Shown here piece after piece: positions 19,501 to 28,411 of a DNA stretch of 64,000 nucleotides. Under the pieces are notes generated by a model. It did no database searches and was not told the DNA's origin. It saw only the letters and a list, made by a program, of their open reading frames with translations. The position numbers and the translations under genes were made by a program. Source of the stretch: a virus. Lineage: Duplodnaviria; Caudoviricetes. The first letter of the stretch is position 1, and every line of letters starts with the position of its first letter. The DNA lies in the IMG/VR virus record IMGVR_UViG_2898902220_000006, positions 20,854-84,853 of that record. One strand, given 5' to 3'.

Positions 19501-19593
19501 ATGTCCGTATATGAAGCTCTTATGGTAATGTTTGCTTTCGGAACATTTATCATTGCTTTAATTGGACTATTTGTCAAAATGACAAAAAAGTAA
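19501..19593 (+). CDS. Type I toxin-like small membrane peptide, 30 aa (putative holin-like toxin family; not in ORF track)
   Basis: MSVYEALMVMFAFGTFIIALIGLFVKMTKK*; RBS GGGGGTGA; single TM with basic tail. Confidence 0.85.
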   Translation: MSVYEALMVMFAFGTFIIALIGLFVKMTKK

Positions 19594-19722
19594 GATCGCC
19601 ATTGAGCCGTGGAAAGCTAGACGATCTTACTCCGTGATTTGAGCCAATCCCATTGAGGGATGGTCTATTGTACAAACCGTAGGTGCTCTAACACCTGCGG
19701 TCTTTTTTATTATATGCGCTTG
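19584..19722 (-). ncRNA. Predicted cis-antisense antitoxin RNA
   Basis: Minus-strand extended -10 TG-G-TATTAT (19730-19738); terminator GTAAGATCG/CGATCTTAC (19590-19630) followed by a U run; overlaps the toxin mRNA 3' region. Ends approximate. Confidence 0.55.
19676..19708 (+). terminator. Terminator of the toxin mRNA
   Basis: ACCGTAGGTG / CACCTGCGGT hairpin plus T tract. Confidence 0.8.
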
Positions 19723-19914
19723 TACTTCTATAATACCATATTATAGGCATTCTGAAACAATATAAATGATTAGAGGAGGTAAAAAATTAATGTTTTATGT
19801 GTAGAAAGAAAAGAGAATGAAGAGTAAAATGTTAATGAAGTGAAAAAAAGATACTGAACGAAAGGAGAAAAGTTATAAGAGAGATTTTACTACTGATAGA
19901 TTGAGGTAATATGA

Positions 19915-20583
19915 ATGGACACTTTCATGTACATAATTTTAGGTAGCATCGATATTCTGGCGATATTAGTCCTGGCGTTCAAGATATTTCGCTTCCCTCT
20001 GGCGTGGAAAAAAGAGTTTTTAATCATATCAATCACAGCATCATTAATATCATACTTGAATAGGGTAATACTTGATATTCCAAATGTTGACAGTTGGTTG
20101 CAATATTCGATAATTATTTTGTTTTTCAGATATATGTTAAAGGTGAAGTTATTTGACAGTATAGTAGTAGCAACTGTAGGATATTTAGGCTTTAACATCG
20201 TACAATACAGTACATACGTAGTTATGCTCTGGACAGGGATAGTATCGTTTGCTGATGGACAAGCACTAACAAACTTGGGTACTTACCTAATACAGTTAAC
20301 AACTCATCTATTTATGTTTGGTGTAGCCTGGTTAATCTACAGATACAATCATGGATTTTCATTTATTATGGTCCCGCCACATGATGTCCATATAAAGATT
20401 AAAATGACACCTTTAAAATATCTAATAATGACAATGGTGTTTCTATCATCAACAACAATTTTAGTTGTAACAAATTGGATGCTTGCATTCAATGGAAACC
20501 CAACTTGGTTAGTGCCTGTTTTCATAATCTATTTAATTATCCTTATCAAGTTATTGGAGAAAAAGGAAATGACCAATGATTGA
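19915..20583 (+). CDS. Polytopic membrane protein resembling the AgrC sensor module, with no kinase domain
   Basis: About six hydrophobic segments; first gene of the agrB operon; ends with no HisKA/HATPase motifs. Confidence 0.7.
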   Translation: MDTFMYIILGSIDILAILVLAFKIFRFPLAWKKEFLIISITASLISYLNRVILDIPNVDSWLQYSIIILFFRYMLKVKLFDSIVVATVGYLGFNIVQYSTYVVMLWTGIVSFADGQALTNLGTYLIQLTTHLFMFGVAWLIYRYNHGFSFIMVPPHDVHIKIKMTPLKYLIMTMVFLSSTTILVVTNWMLAFNGNPTWLVPVFIIYLIILIKLLEKKEMTND

Positions 20584-21088
20584 AAAACTATCCTATTCTC
20601 TTGCGGTTAAGATTCACGATGCCAATCCCGATAAAAAAGAGAGTGTGGATGTCTTGTCTTATTCATTGTCCATTACCCTTAATTATTTACTAGTATTATT
20701 TTTTTCTTTATTGATCGGTTACTTAACAAATGAATTTGTTGACACAATTATTTCAATGGTGAGTTTTATTGCTCTACGTATTTTTTCAAAGGGGTATCAT
20801 GCAAAATCATTAACTACATGCTTTATTTTGACAACAGCGATCATAGCATTGATTCCTCATGTTCCAATGCAAGATTATCTGAGTGTTACTAATATAGTAA
20901 ACGTTTTTCTGGTGCTATTTCTCGCGCCAAATGGTAGATTCGAGGAAGAAGTAATCCCTCAAAAAAGAGTTTATTTACTAAAAGGAATTTCATTGATTAT
21001 AGTCCTATCCAACTTTATTATCTCGTCGCATATTGTGGCTCTATCTTTTTTTGCGCAATCATTATTATTACTACCTAAAAGGAGGTGA
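20576..21088 (+). CDS. agrB: AgrB-family peptide-processing membrane protease
   Basis: FIALRIFSKGYHAKSLTTC (R..SGG.H...C catalytic pattern); LAP in a later TM segment. Confidence 0.9.
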   Translation: MIEKLSYSLAVKIHDANPDKKESVDVLSYSLSITLNYLLVLFFSLLIGYLTNEFVDTIISMVSFIALRIFSKGYHAKSLTTCFILTTAIIALIPHVPMQDYLSVTNIVNVFLVLFLAPNGRFEEEVIPQKRVYLLKGISLIIVLSNFIISSHIVALSFFAQSLLLLPKRR

Positions 21089-21093
21089 GGACA

Positions 21094-21213
21094 ATGAATA
21101 AACAGTTCGCGAAAACAATTTCAAAGGGATTAGGTACTTTGGGTAAGGTTTATACAAAGCTTGCCAAAGTTACAATCGGTAGCCCGGTTGTACCTAAAGA
21201 ATTAAGAAAGTAA
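21094..21213 (+). CDS. agrD: AgrD-like autoinducer propeptide, 39 aa (not in ORF track)
   Basis: RBS AGGAGGTGA; MNKQFAKTISKGLGTLGKVYTKLAKVTIGSPVVPKELRK*: amphipathic leader and P..PKEL tail. Confidence 0.82.
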   Translation: MNKQFAKTISKGLGTLGKVYTKLAKVTIGSPVVPKELRK

Positions 21214-21223
21214 GAGTAGAGCT

Positions 21224-21592
21224 ATGGGGAATTCGCCAAAGTTTTTTGGAATAACGCCGTCGGGGAATAGAAGCGATAGATCAGCGTATGTAGAACTCTC
21301 AATAGATGACTTTAATTTCGTTAATCGGTATAACGATACAACCATTGCATACAATACGAATAAAGGGTTATTCTTACCTGTGAACTCGTTGGAAGGTATG
21401 TTCATTTGTCTTGAAAAATACGGATTCACAAACTTAGACTCAACGAATGTCACAAATCTTAAAAATATAGAAAGTATAGATGTTAGTCCATATGGGATCG
21501 GCGTCCACTTTCCAAACGGAATGCATACAACTGCATCTCGGATCAAGTATAAACAATTTTTAAAAGACTTACCGAAAAGGCCACCTAAATAA
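21224..21592 (+). CDS. Stand-alone LytTR DNA-binding protein (no receiver domain)
   Basis: GF..LD.TNVTNLKNI..ID...V.F......SR pattern; only 122 aa. Confidence 0.8.
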   Translation: MGNSPKFFGITPSGNRSDRSAYVELSIDDFNFVNRYNDTTIAYNTNKGLFLPVNSLEGMFICLEKYGFTNLDSTNVTNLKNIESIDVSPYGIGVHFPNGMHTTASRIKYKQFLKDLPKRPPK

Positions 21593-21604
21593 GGTGGTTT
21601 TTTT
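21580..21604 (+). terminator. Terminator closing the agr-like operon
   Basis: GCCACCT / AGGTGGT hairpin plus T tract. Confidence 0.8.
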
Positions 21605-21865
21605 GTGTCTTTTATTCAATGTTTTAAGTGGGGTATTATACATCAGGATAATGCAAAAGTAAAGTTAAATTGACCTAGGGGTCTATTGACACTTAACAAT
21701 CGCAAGATTCGACAAAAAACTAACTTTTTAGATGGTACATTTTTTAAAGAAATAAAAATTCATTCATTATCACTTTAAATAAATTAAAATTACGAATCAT
21801 TACTCAGCGTTCTATCTGTAAGAGCAAGAATGTAGCGATTTTATTTTCCGCTGGAGGTGCGTGTT

Positions 21866-21997
21866 ATGGATAAAACCAAAAAAGTAAATATACCTTTTAC
21901 TACAAAAGATGTTGAAATACTTAAGGATATTCTTACGAATAAAAAGCAGTTAGCAAAAACGTATAAAGAAAAACTAAAAGCCATCCTTTCATCTTAA
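21866..21997 (+). CDS. Small basic protein, 43 aa, convergent on the repressor (not in ORF track)
   Basis: RBS GGAGG; MDKTKKVNIPFTTKDVEILKDILTNKKQLAKTYKEKLKAILSS*; shares a hairpin (AAAAGCCATCCT/AGGATGGCTTT) with the repressor end. Confidence 0.6.
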   Translation: MDKTKKVNIPFTTKDVEILKDILTNKKQLAKTYKEKLKAILSS

Positions 21998-22010
21998 AAA
22001 GGATGGCTTT

Positions 22011-22394
22011 CTAATTATCTATCTCTGATTTAAAGGCTTCTAGAAGCTCTTTTACTAAATGCTTTTTGTTTGGAGGTAGGTTACGGATTAGATTGATAAT
22101 ATTTTTGTCTTCTTCAGAAAGAGTCGGGTCATTAATGGTAGAGATAAATGGATCAGTTATATCTGTACTGCATTTTTCATTAGTTCTTCCTAATAAGTAG
22201 TCAACAGAAACATTAAAGAAATCAGCTATTTTTTCTAATCGTTCATGCCTTGGCAAACTTTGATCTGATGATTCTAATCTTCTGATTGTAGACTCGGGTA
22301 TGTCTAAAGCTCTAGCTAATTCTTCTTGTGTTATCATTTTTTCTGCTCTTAATTCTTTTAAACGTTTTTTAAAAATCATAGATATCACGCTCAT
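22011..22394 (-). CDS. Prophage 2 CI-like XRE repressor (switch A)
   Basis: RLKELRAEKMITQEELARAL HTH; VSVDYLLGRT. Confidence 0.9.
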   Translation of the reverse strand: MSVISMIFKKRLKELRAEKMITQEELARALDIPESTIRRLESSDQSLPRHERLEKIADFFNVSVDYLLGRTNEKCSTDITDPFISTINDPTLSEEDKNIINLIRNLPPNKKHLVKELLEAFKSEIDN

Positions 22395-22420
22395 TTCTTG
22401 ACTTGATTATACACAAAAAC

Positions 22421-22514
22421 GCTCATTTAATAAACGTTCAATAATTGAACAAAAAGATGTTGACATGCTCATAATTTGAACGTATACTAGCATTATAAAG
22501 TTCATTAAACGAGC
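22421..22514. promoter_or_regulatory. Switch A control region: four 15-bp palindromic operators and a sigmaA promoter
   Basis: GCTCATTTAATAAAC (22421), GTTCAATAATTGAAC (22436), GCTCATAATTTGAAC (22467), GTTCATTAAACGAGC (22500); TTGACA-17bp-TATACT at 22460-22488. Confidence 0.8.
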
Positions 22515-22523
22515 TAAAGGAGG

Positions 22524-22769
22524 TTGAACATGAAAAAACTTATACCCTTAGAAAATTTAATTAAAACGCGTCTAGGTTTAAAGTTGACGCAAGGTGAGTT
22601 AGCTAAAAGAGCTGATTTATCTAGAGCAATGCTATCTAACATAGAACGAGGATATGCACTGCCATCCCTACCTGTTGCTTACCGTATTTCAAAAGTATTA
22701 AAAAAACCAATTGAATATATTTTTTTTAATGAAAACGCTCGAAATATGAGCGGAAAACGATCAGCATAA
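22524..22769 (+). CDS. Cro-like XRE regulator (switch A)
   Basis: LTQGELAKRADLSRAMLSNIERG HTH. Confidence 0.88.
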   Translation: MNMKKLIPLENLIKTRLGLKLTQGELAKRADLSRAMLSNIERGYALPSLPVAYRISKVLKKPIEYIFFNENARNMSGKRSA

Positions 22770-22822
22770 GAGTGATTACATGGACGAGCAGAACAAGGAG
22801 AGATGAGCCGCCAGTAAGACGG

Positions 22823-23047
22823 CTATTGATTAGTTAAAACACGCTTAATCAGCTTAATATCCGTTTCAAGAGCTTCAATTTTACTAGTAGCCTCGTTTAA
22901 ATTAGCTTCTTGCTCAGTGTTGTGAGCAACTTGTGTATAGATGGTATCAAGTTTTTGTTTAATCTCGTTTACATCATCTTTGGTAGCCATTGTTGACTTA
23001 ATGATTGTGAGTTCTTCAAGGATTTGTTTAAGAAGCTTTTCATTCAT
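22823..23047 (-). CDS. Small coiled-coil hypothetical protein
   Basis: Heptad pattern; coupled to the upstream XRE gene. Confidence 0.65.
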   Translation of the reverse strand: MNEKLLKQILEELTIIKSTMATKDDVNEIKQKLDTIYTQVAHNTEQEANLNEATSKIEALETDIKLIKRVLTNQ

Positions 23048-23360
23048 TAGAATTCACCCTTCCCAAAATGGTTTGGAGCATATCAGTAACTTTCTTCCGT
23101 TCCTCTGGAGTTAGCTTCTTTGCTGTCTCGATGAGTTGAAGTAGGTCAGTTGGCACAGCTGGTTCTTTACCAGCAAAGAAATCATATAGCGTGACTCCAA
23201 GAGCAGTACAGATAACCGAAAGTGCTTCTAAGTCAATTCGTCGTTGCCCGTTTTCGAGTTTACTTATTGCAGACTGTGACATGCCTGTTAGTTTCGCAAG
23301 TTCTACAGTCGACAGGCCAGATAGTTGTCTTAATTCTTTTAATCTATCAGAAAAAATCAT
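23040..23360 (-). CDS. XRE repressor-like regulator (switch B)
   Basis: LSTVELAKLTGMSQSAISKLENG HTH. Confidence 0.88.
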   Translation of the reverse strand: MIFSDRLKELRQLSGLSTVELAKLTGMSQSAISKLENGQRRIDLEALSVICTALGVTLYDFFAGKEPAVPTDLLQLIETAKKLTPEERKKVTDMLQTILGRVNSNE

Positions 23361-23379
23361 TGGTCATCTCTCCGGATTT

Positions 23380-23505
23380 ATTCCATTTTGGAATTTAGTT
23401 AGTTCTAGTTTAAGTGGCTGGAACTGATTGAACAAGGGATGACTAAAAATTTCATAATAATATTCTTTAATGGACTAGACAAACTAATCCAAAATAGAAT
23501 ATAAT
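23380..23505. promoter_or_regulatory. Switch B control region with a different 15-bp operator type
   Basis: ATTCCATTTTGGAAT (23380), ATTCTTTAATGGACT (23462), AATCCAAAATAGAAT (23486); TAGACA-18bp-TATAAT. Confidence 0.6.
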
Positions 23506-23537
23506 CGTAATAAGACCAACTATGAAAAGTCAAGGAG

Positions 23538-23753
23538 GTGAGATTAATGACTGGACAAAGGCTAAAACTTATTCGGGAAAGTAAAAACATTACACAGCAT
23601 GAGCTTGCTGTAAGAACAGGGTTCACTCAGTCAAAAATCAGTAAACTTGAACGAGGTTCCATTAGATTAAAACTTGATGACTTAATATTGATCGCTGGTA
23701 CTCTAAGCGTCCCAATAACAGACTTGCTTGATGAAGAAAAACAATCAGCATAG
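23538..23753 (+). CDS. Cro-like XRE regulator (switch B)
   Basis: ITQHELAVRTGFTQSKISKLERG HTH. Confidence 0.85.
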   Translation: MRLMTGQRLKLIRESKNITQHELAVRTGFTQSKISKLERGSIRLKLDDLILIAGTLSVPITDLLDEEKQSA

Positions 23754-23912
23754 GAGTGATAAGAATGTCAATTACAACTCAACAAGAGTTAGAAAAAACT
23801 ATTGTTATTTTATGCGGATGGGTCAACGAGCGAGTTACAGGTACATGCTCGGAAGAACAGAGAGAAATCCTTCCGAGCGTAATACAAAGTATTTCAGGTT
23901 TAGTCGAGGCAA

Positions 23913-24098
23913 TTAAAAGCTAACTGGCCTTTCGCTTCCCTCTTTGACAGTTTGAAGGGTTGTTTTATAAAACTTTGAAATTTCTTCTGCTCTTTTTTCA
24001 TTATCTTCGTGTAAATCTGTAGATTTATGTAACCGAATGTAACCTGCATTAAGAGCAGCAATAACAATATCACGAGTTATTTCTTCAGGTTTAGCCAT
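23913..24098 (-). CDS. Small hypothetical protein with its own promoter
   Basis: RBS GGAGGTGA; minus-strand TG-G-TAAAAT upstream near 24140-24148. Confidence 0.7.
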   Translation of the reverse strand: MAKPEEITRDIVIAALNAGYIRLHKSTDLHEDNEKRAEEISKFYKTTLQTVKEGSERPVSF

Positions 24099-24185
24099 TT
24101 AAATCACCTCCTCTCATGGTTATGAAGTCGGACAACTCCATTTTACCAGAAGGAGGAAATTTAATGTAGTTAAAGGAGCAAGCAA

Positions 24186-24677
24186 ATGTCGATATCATCT
24201 AGGGTTGTCCCATTAACATCACCACATATAAATAGGTCAAGAGGTGATGAGAGAATGGAAAAATTCGGTCCTTGGTTCAAAGTGCTACGTGAGTCAAAAA
24301 AGATGACGGTTGATGAACTATCTAACATCTCAGATGTAAGCATTGATTACATCACAGAGATGGAGGAGGAAGAAAGATTCCTGATCGAACCGGAAGCCTT
24401 CAGAAAGATAGCTCATGTTTTGAAAGTGGACTTTGTGGACTTGATTTCCAAAGCAAGCTTCTTAGCAAAAAGAGAAGATCGACCTTTATTTGTAAAACAA
24501 CATGGCTTAACAACCATAAAAATCAGATCTACTCTTCCGTTCATGACACCAGACGAAAGAGATAAATGGTACGACGATAATGCTGATTTACCAGAAGTGA
24601 AGAACTATCGTAGAGCTTTGGCTCAAGCAAACATTTATCTTCACGAACGAGATCAAAACAATGTATCTACAGCATAA
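24186..24677 (+). CDS. XRE-like HTH protein
   Basis: FGPWFKVLRESKKMTVDELSNISDVSIDYITEME. Confidence 0.75.
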   Translation: MSISSRVVPLTSPHINRSRGDERMEKFGPWFKVLRESKKMTVDELSNISDVSIDYITEMEEEERFLIEPEAFRKIAHVLKVDFVDLISKASFLAKREDRPLFVKQHGLTTIKIRSTLPFMTPDERDKWYDDNADLPEVKNYRRALAQANIYLHERDQNNVSTA

Positions 24678-24804
24678 ATGCCCAGACTGGGCATGGTGGA
24701 CAAGCTTACAAAAATTCCCCCAGGTGAGCAGCCCGAGGGAAAGCATGAAAGATGAACACAATTTAATTGTAATGCCTGATGAAGGCGAAAGGGAGACTAA
24801 TTTC

Positions 24805-25404
24805 ATGGCGATTCAACCGAGTTTTATGTGGAATTTCGGGGAGTTTTTACGACATTTCAGGGTTCATGGAGGTAATCATGACTTTTCAACGCAGGTCAAA
24901 CTTGCCAAGCACCTGCGTATTGATCCAAAGAAAATTTCAAAAGTGGAATGCGAAAACGAAGGCATTGACATCGAGACAGCAGCCAAATGGTGCAAAGCAG
25001 TTGGATGGTACGAAGGGCTGGACCTCCTCTCAAGCAAGCTAGGTCTTGACCCTTTTGGTCTCATCCCTGTAAATCCAAAGCTTAATGAAAACGTACTGGC
25101 AGCGCTCAATAATCTACACACTCAGCTAACAGATGCATTACGTGCAGTGGAGAAATTGCAGGAAGAAGAACGTAAAGCTCAGCCAGCTATAGCAAGAGGA
25201 GTATATAAACCAAACAAAAACATGGTGATGTACAAAAAAGAAATTGCTGACTGCATCCCTGCTGTTAAAACATTCTTCTACGCTAATGAGCGACAAAACC
25301 GAATTGGAATGAAAGAAATAGGAGCCTTATGGAACCAGCAAGCTTTAGATGACCTAGTTGCAATGCCAAAGATTGATGAGTTTAGAGCACCAGTAGCTCT
25401 GTGA
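24805..25404 (+). CDS. XRE-HTH phage regulatory protein (start probably 24805)
   Basis: STQVKLAKHLRIDPKKISKVE HTH; RBS GGGAG. Confidence 0.65.
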   Translation: MAIQPSFMWNFGEFLRHFRVHGGNHDFSTQVKLAKHLRIDPKKISKVECENEGIDIETAAKWCKAVGWYEGLDLLSSKLGLDPFGLIPVNPKLNENVLAALNNLHTQLTDALRAVEKLQEEERKAQPAIARGVYKPNKNMVMYKKEIADCIPAVKTFFYANERQNRIGMKEIGALWNQQALDDLVAMPKIDEFRAPVAL

Positions 25405-26903
25405 AGGGAGGTGAGAAGGTGAAAGAAATGTTAGACGGTCTAGATGAAGAGGAGCTGTATCACATCATAAATGGGATGCTTGATCTTTCGAAGATTAGTC
25501 TAAGAGATGGAAAAATCATTGATGCAAAAAAAGCAAGAGATTATTGCAAGAAAGGTATCGGATATCAAGGTAACACGTCAGGTCGAACAAGCTAAACAAA
25601 TCCTAAACAGGGAGGTAACAGCTTGAACATTCAATTTCCTGAACTGGATGAAGCAGTTAGCAAATTCCTTGAAGACAACAAAAAATGTAGTTCCAAGATT
25701 TTATCAGATAAAACGCATCTGAGTACAAACATACCATTTCGAGAAGTTTGTATTGCAACATCATCTATCATGGATATCTTTCGTCAAGGTTACGACTTGG
25801 ATTTTAAAAAGTACACAGAGCTTGAACGCGTGTGGATCAGCATACAACATGCAAAGGATTTTCTGAATCACTATGAAGGAAAGGGTGAGTGACTATGACG
25901 TTGGCGACCTTAGAAAGGAAATTAAGAAAGGCGCAACTTGAAATGATGAAAAGCAAAAGCGATGCAATAGCTCATGAAGCTATGAGAGCATACGTGAGGG
26001 AGTTGGAAAGCCAGATAAAAGAAAAAACCGCCTGCTCTCAACAGACGGCATCTTGAAAAATTATCTTATGTATATTTTAGCACATCAAACAAAAAACCAA
26101 AAGGGGCTGTTGATCAATGAAAACTAGAGTTGGCCATGTGTACTGGGTAGATGAATTTTACTTGCATTCTGAAACAAGTACTCATCAAACCTACGGTAGA
26201 GCGAATCGAAAGAAGCGCTCAAGAGAAATAAAGAGTCGAAACCAAGGGGAATATCCTTGGTCTACCGGAAATGACCTCCCGGTACTGATGAGACAGGTTG
26301 TGAAAGGAGTTGCTATACGGAACAAGACAAACAAAAATCCCCTGCTACCAACAGGGGACCTTGAAACAAAATATGTACCTCTACCATACCAAATGATTGG
26401 AGGATGGACAAGCATGGAACGAAATATTAGAACCGTTCAAATGGAGCTAAACGAACAAAATCGTGCTATCGATCGCTTAAATACAGAAATTATATCAATG
26501 GATGAAGAAATGCGAGCTTTAGAAGAAAAAATCAATAAGATCGGTAGAGAGCTTGCTGAAATGGAATCAACAAGAAGTGGATTACGGGAAGAGTTATGGC
26601 GCCGCGAAGACTATGTAGCAGCCTTAGTACGGGAGGGAAAACATCATGCCAACATTGCTTGATTTTCCAGAGTATACAGAGCGTGTTGAACCAGATCGGC
26701 AAGGGTATCTCCTTCATGGCATTACAACCTTTAATGAACCTGGGGATGAGCTACGGGAAAAGGTAGAAAGCATTAACGAGGATTTAAAATACCTACTTTT
26801 ATCTTGGGAAGAGTTTTCATCAGAACAAAATTTTGAATATCTAATGGATGTGAAAAAACACTTTGACCAAGTGATGAAGCTCTACGGAGGTGTTGGACTG
26901 TGA
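25401..26903 (+). CDS. Run of hypothetical early proteins (25401-25595, 25623-25892, a short ORF near 25896-26055, 26117-26662, 26646-26903)
   Basis: Co-oriented, closely spaced ORFs with RBS; no family recognised. Confidence 0.6.
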
Positions 26904-27385
26904 GGCTGTATGATCTAGCTGGCGCTTACGCAGAGGTTGCACAAATCATAATGGATGATGAGACGCAAATAGAGGCTCTAGGCGACACCCTCCAATCCCT
27001 AGAGGGTGCTATCGAAAACAAGGCTGATAACATTGCAAAAATGGTGCGTAATATCGCGGCTGAAGTAGACATGATTAAGCTCGAAGAGGTTCGTCTAGCT
27101 GAACGTAGGAGGCGCCTAGAAAAGAAGCAGGAGGGCTTAAAACTCTATCTTAAAGAGCAACTAGAGATTGCCGGATTACAAAAAGTCAAAACACCGATCT
27201 TCACTATCTCACTTAGAAAGAGTCCCGGTTCAGTACAAGTGGTAAACGAAATTGAAATCCCACAAATGTTCTGGGTAACGCCACCACCGATTCTTGATAA
27301 AAAGTCGATGTCAGAACGTTTGAAATCAGGTGAGGAAATACCAGGTGTAACGCTAGTAAAAGGTACTTCCTTACAGATCAAATAG
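26900..27385 (+). CDS. Siphovirus Gp157-family protein
   Basis: LY.L...Y; IENKADNIA; K.KTP.FTIS.RK; GEEIPG..L. Confidence 0.85.
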   Translation: MRLYDLAGAYAEVAQIIMDDETQIEALGDTLQSLEGAIENKADNIAKMVRNIAAEVDMIKLEEVRLAERRRRLEKKQEGLKLYLKEQLEIAGLQKVKTPIFTISLRKSPGSVQVVNEIEIPQMFWVTPPPILDKKSMSERLKSGEEIPGVTLVKGTSLQIK

Positions 27386-27395
27386 GAGTGAGAAC

Positions 27396-27992
27396 ATGAG
27401 TGTATACAAAAAGATTCTCGCTGTCATGAATGATGTGTCTTATCTCCAGAAAGATGACAAAGTGGAGTTTAAAACCACGAAATATAAGGCTATCTCAGAA
27501 GAGAAAGTAACGTCTGCTGTAGGAAAAGCAATGAGGGAACATGGGCTTGTGATAATTCCTATTCATCAAGAGCATTCCAAAGTGGATCAGCTTACCACAG
27601 TGAATGTTCGGTACCGGATTGTTGATGTAGATACAGGGGACAGCATAGAAGCCGTTTCAAGTGGAACAGGAGTAGATACACAAGATAAAGGTGTAGGTAA
27701 GGCTATGACATACGCCTACAAGTATCTGCTTCTAAGAACCTTTGCGATTCCTACAGGAGAGGACCCAGACAAAGTAAGTTCTGCTGAACTAGATGAAAAG
27801 CCTAAAGCTCAACCGAATGTTAGCAACAGTAAAGAAGCTACTTTAAAAGCCAAATGGCAGTTACTCGCTGGATCGCTAAATGGATTTGATGATTGGTATC
27901 AGAAGAAGCGAAGTGATGATCATACTGACCAAGATATTGAACAGTTCTTAACAGAAAAGCTAAAAGAGAAAGGAGTACAGCAAAGTGCTTAA
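27396..27992 (+). CDS. ERF-family single-strand annealing protein
   Basis: G.G.DTQDKG.GKAMTYAYKYLL...F.IPT.ED.D motif. Confidence 0.88.
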   Translation: MSVYKKILAVMNDVSYLQKDDKVEFKTTKYKAISEEKVTSAVGKAMREHGLVIIPIHQEHSKVDQLTTVNVRYRIVDVDTGDSIEAVSSGTGVDTQDKGVGKAMTYAYKYLLLRTFAIPTGEDPDKVSSAELDEKPKAQPNVSNSKEATLKAKWQLLAGSLNGFDDWYQKKRSDDHTDQDIEQFLTEKLKEKGVQQSA

Positions 27993-28398
27993 CAGAGTAA
28001 TCCTGATCGGCAACTTAACAAAGGACCCCGAGTTGCGCTATACCTCAAACGGTGTTGCAGTAACTACTTTCACTCTAGCAATCAATCGTCCTTATTCGGG
28101 GGCAGGAAAAGAAAAGGAAGTCGACTACATCAATATAGTGGCATGGAGACAATTAGCTGACCTATGCGCTCAATATTTGGCTAAAGGTAAGAAATGCGCT
28201 GTAGAAGGTCGATTGCAAACTAGAAGCTATGACAACAAAGAAGGTAAAAGAGTCTTTGTCACTGAGGTAGTGGCTGAAAACACACATTTCCTAAGCAGTA
28301 AAGATGGACAAGCTCAACAAAGCAATGAGCGATCATTCGAAGACCCTTTTGCAAGTAACAAACCAATCAATATATCAGATGATGACTTACCTTTCTAG
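27985..28398 (+). CDS. ssb: Single-stranded DNA-binding protein
   Basis: [18 protein letters not shown]; DDDLPF tail. Confidence 0.95.
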   Translation: MLNRVILIGNLTKDPELRYTSNGVAVTTFTLAINRPYSGAGKEKEVDYINIVAWRQLADLCAQYLAKGKKCAVEGRLQTRSYDNKEGKRVFVTEVVAENTHFLSSKDGQAQQSNERSFEDPFASNKPINISDDDLPF

Positions 28399-28411
28399 GA
28401 TGGTGATAAAC

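Noticed and set aside
19800-19870. TGAA-containing repeats as LytTR binding sites
   Set aside because: Spacing is 18-19 bp, not the roughly 21-bp period of LytTR direct repeats, and conservation is weak.
19890-20198. Minus-strand 102-aa ORF
   Set aside because: Antisense to the membrane protein gene; AT-rich artefact.
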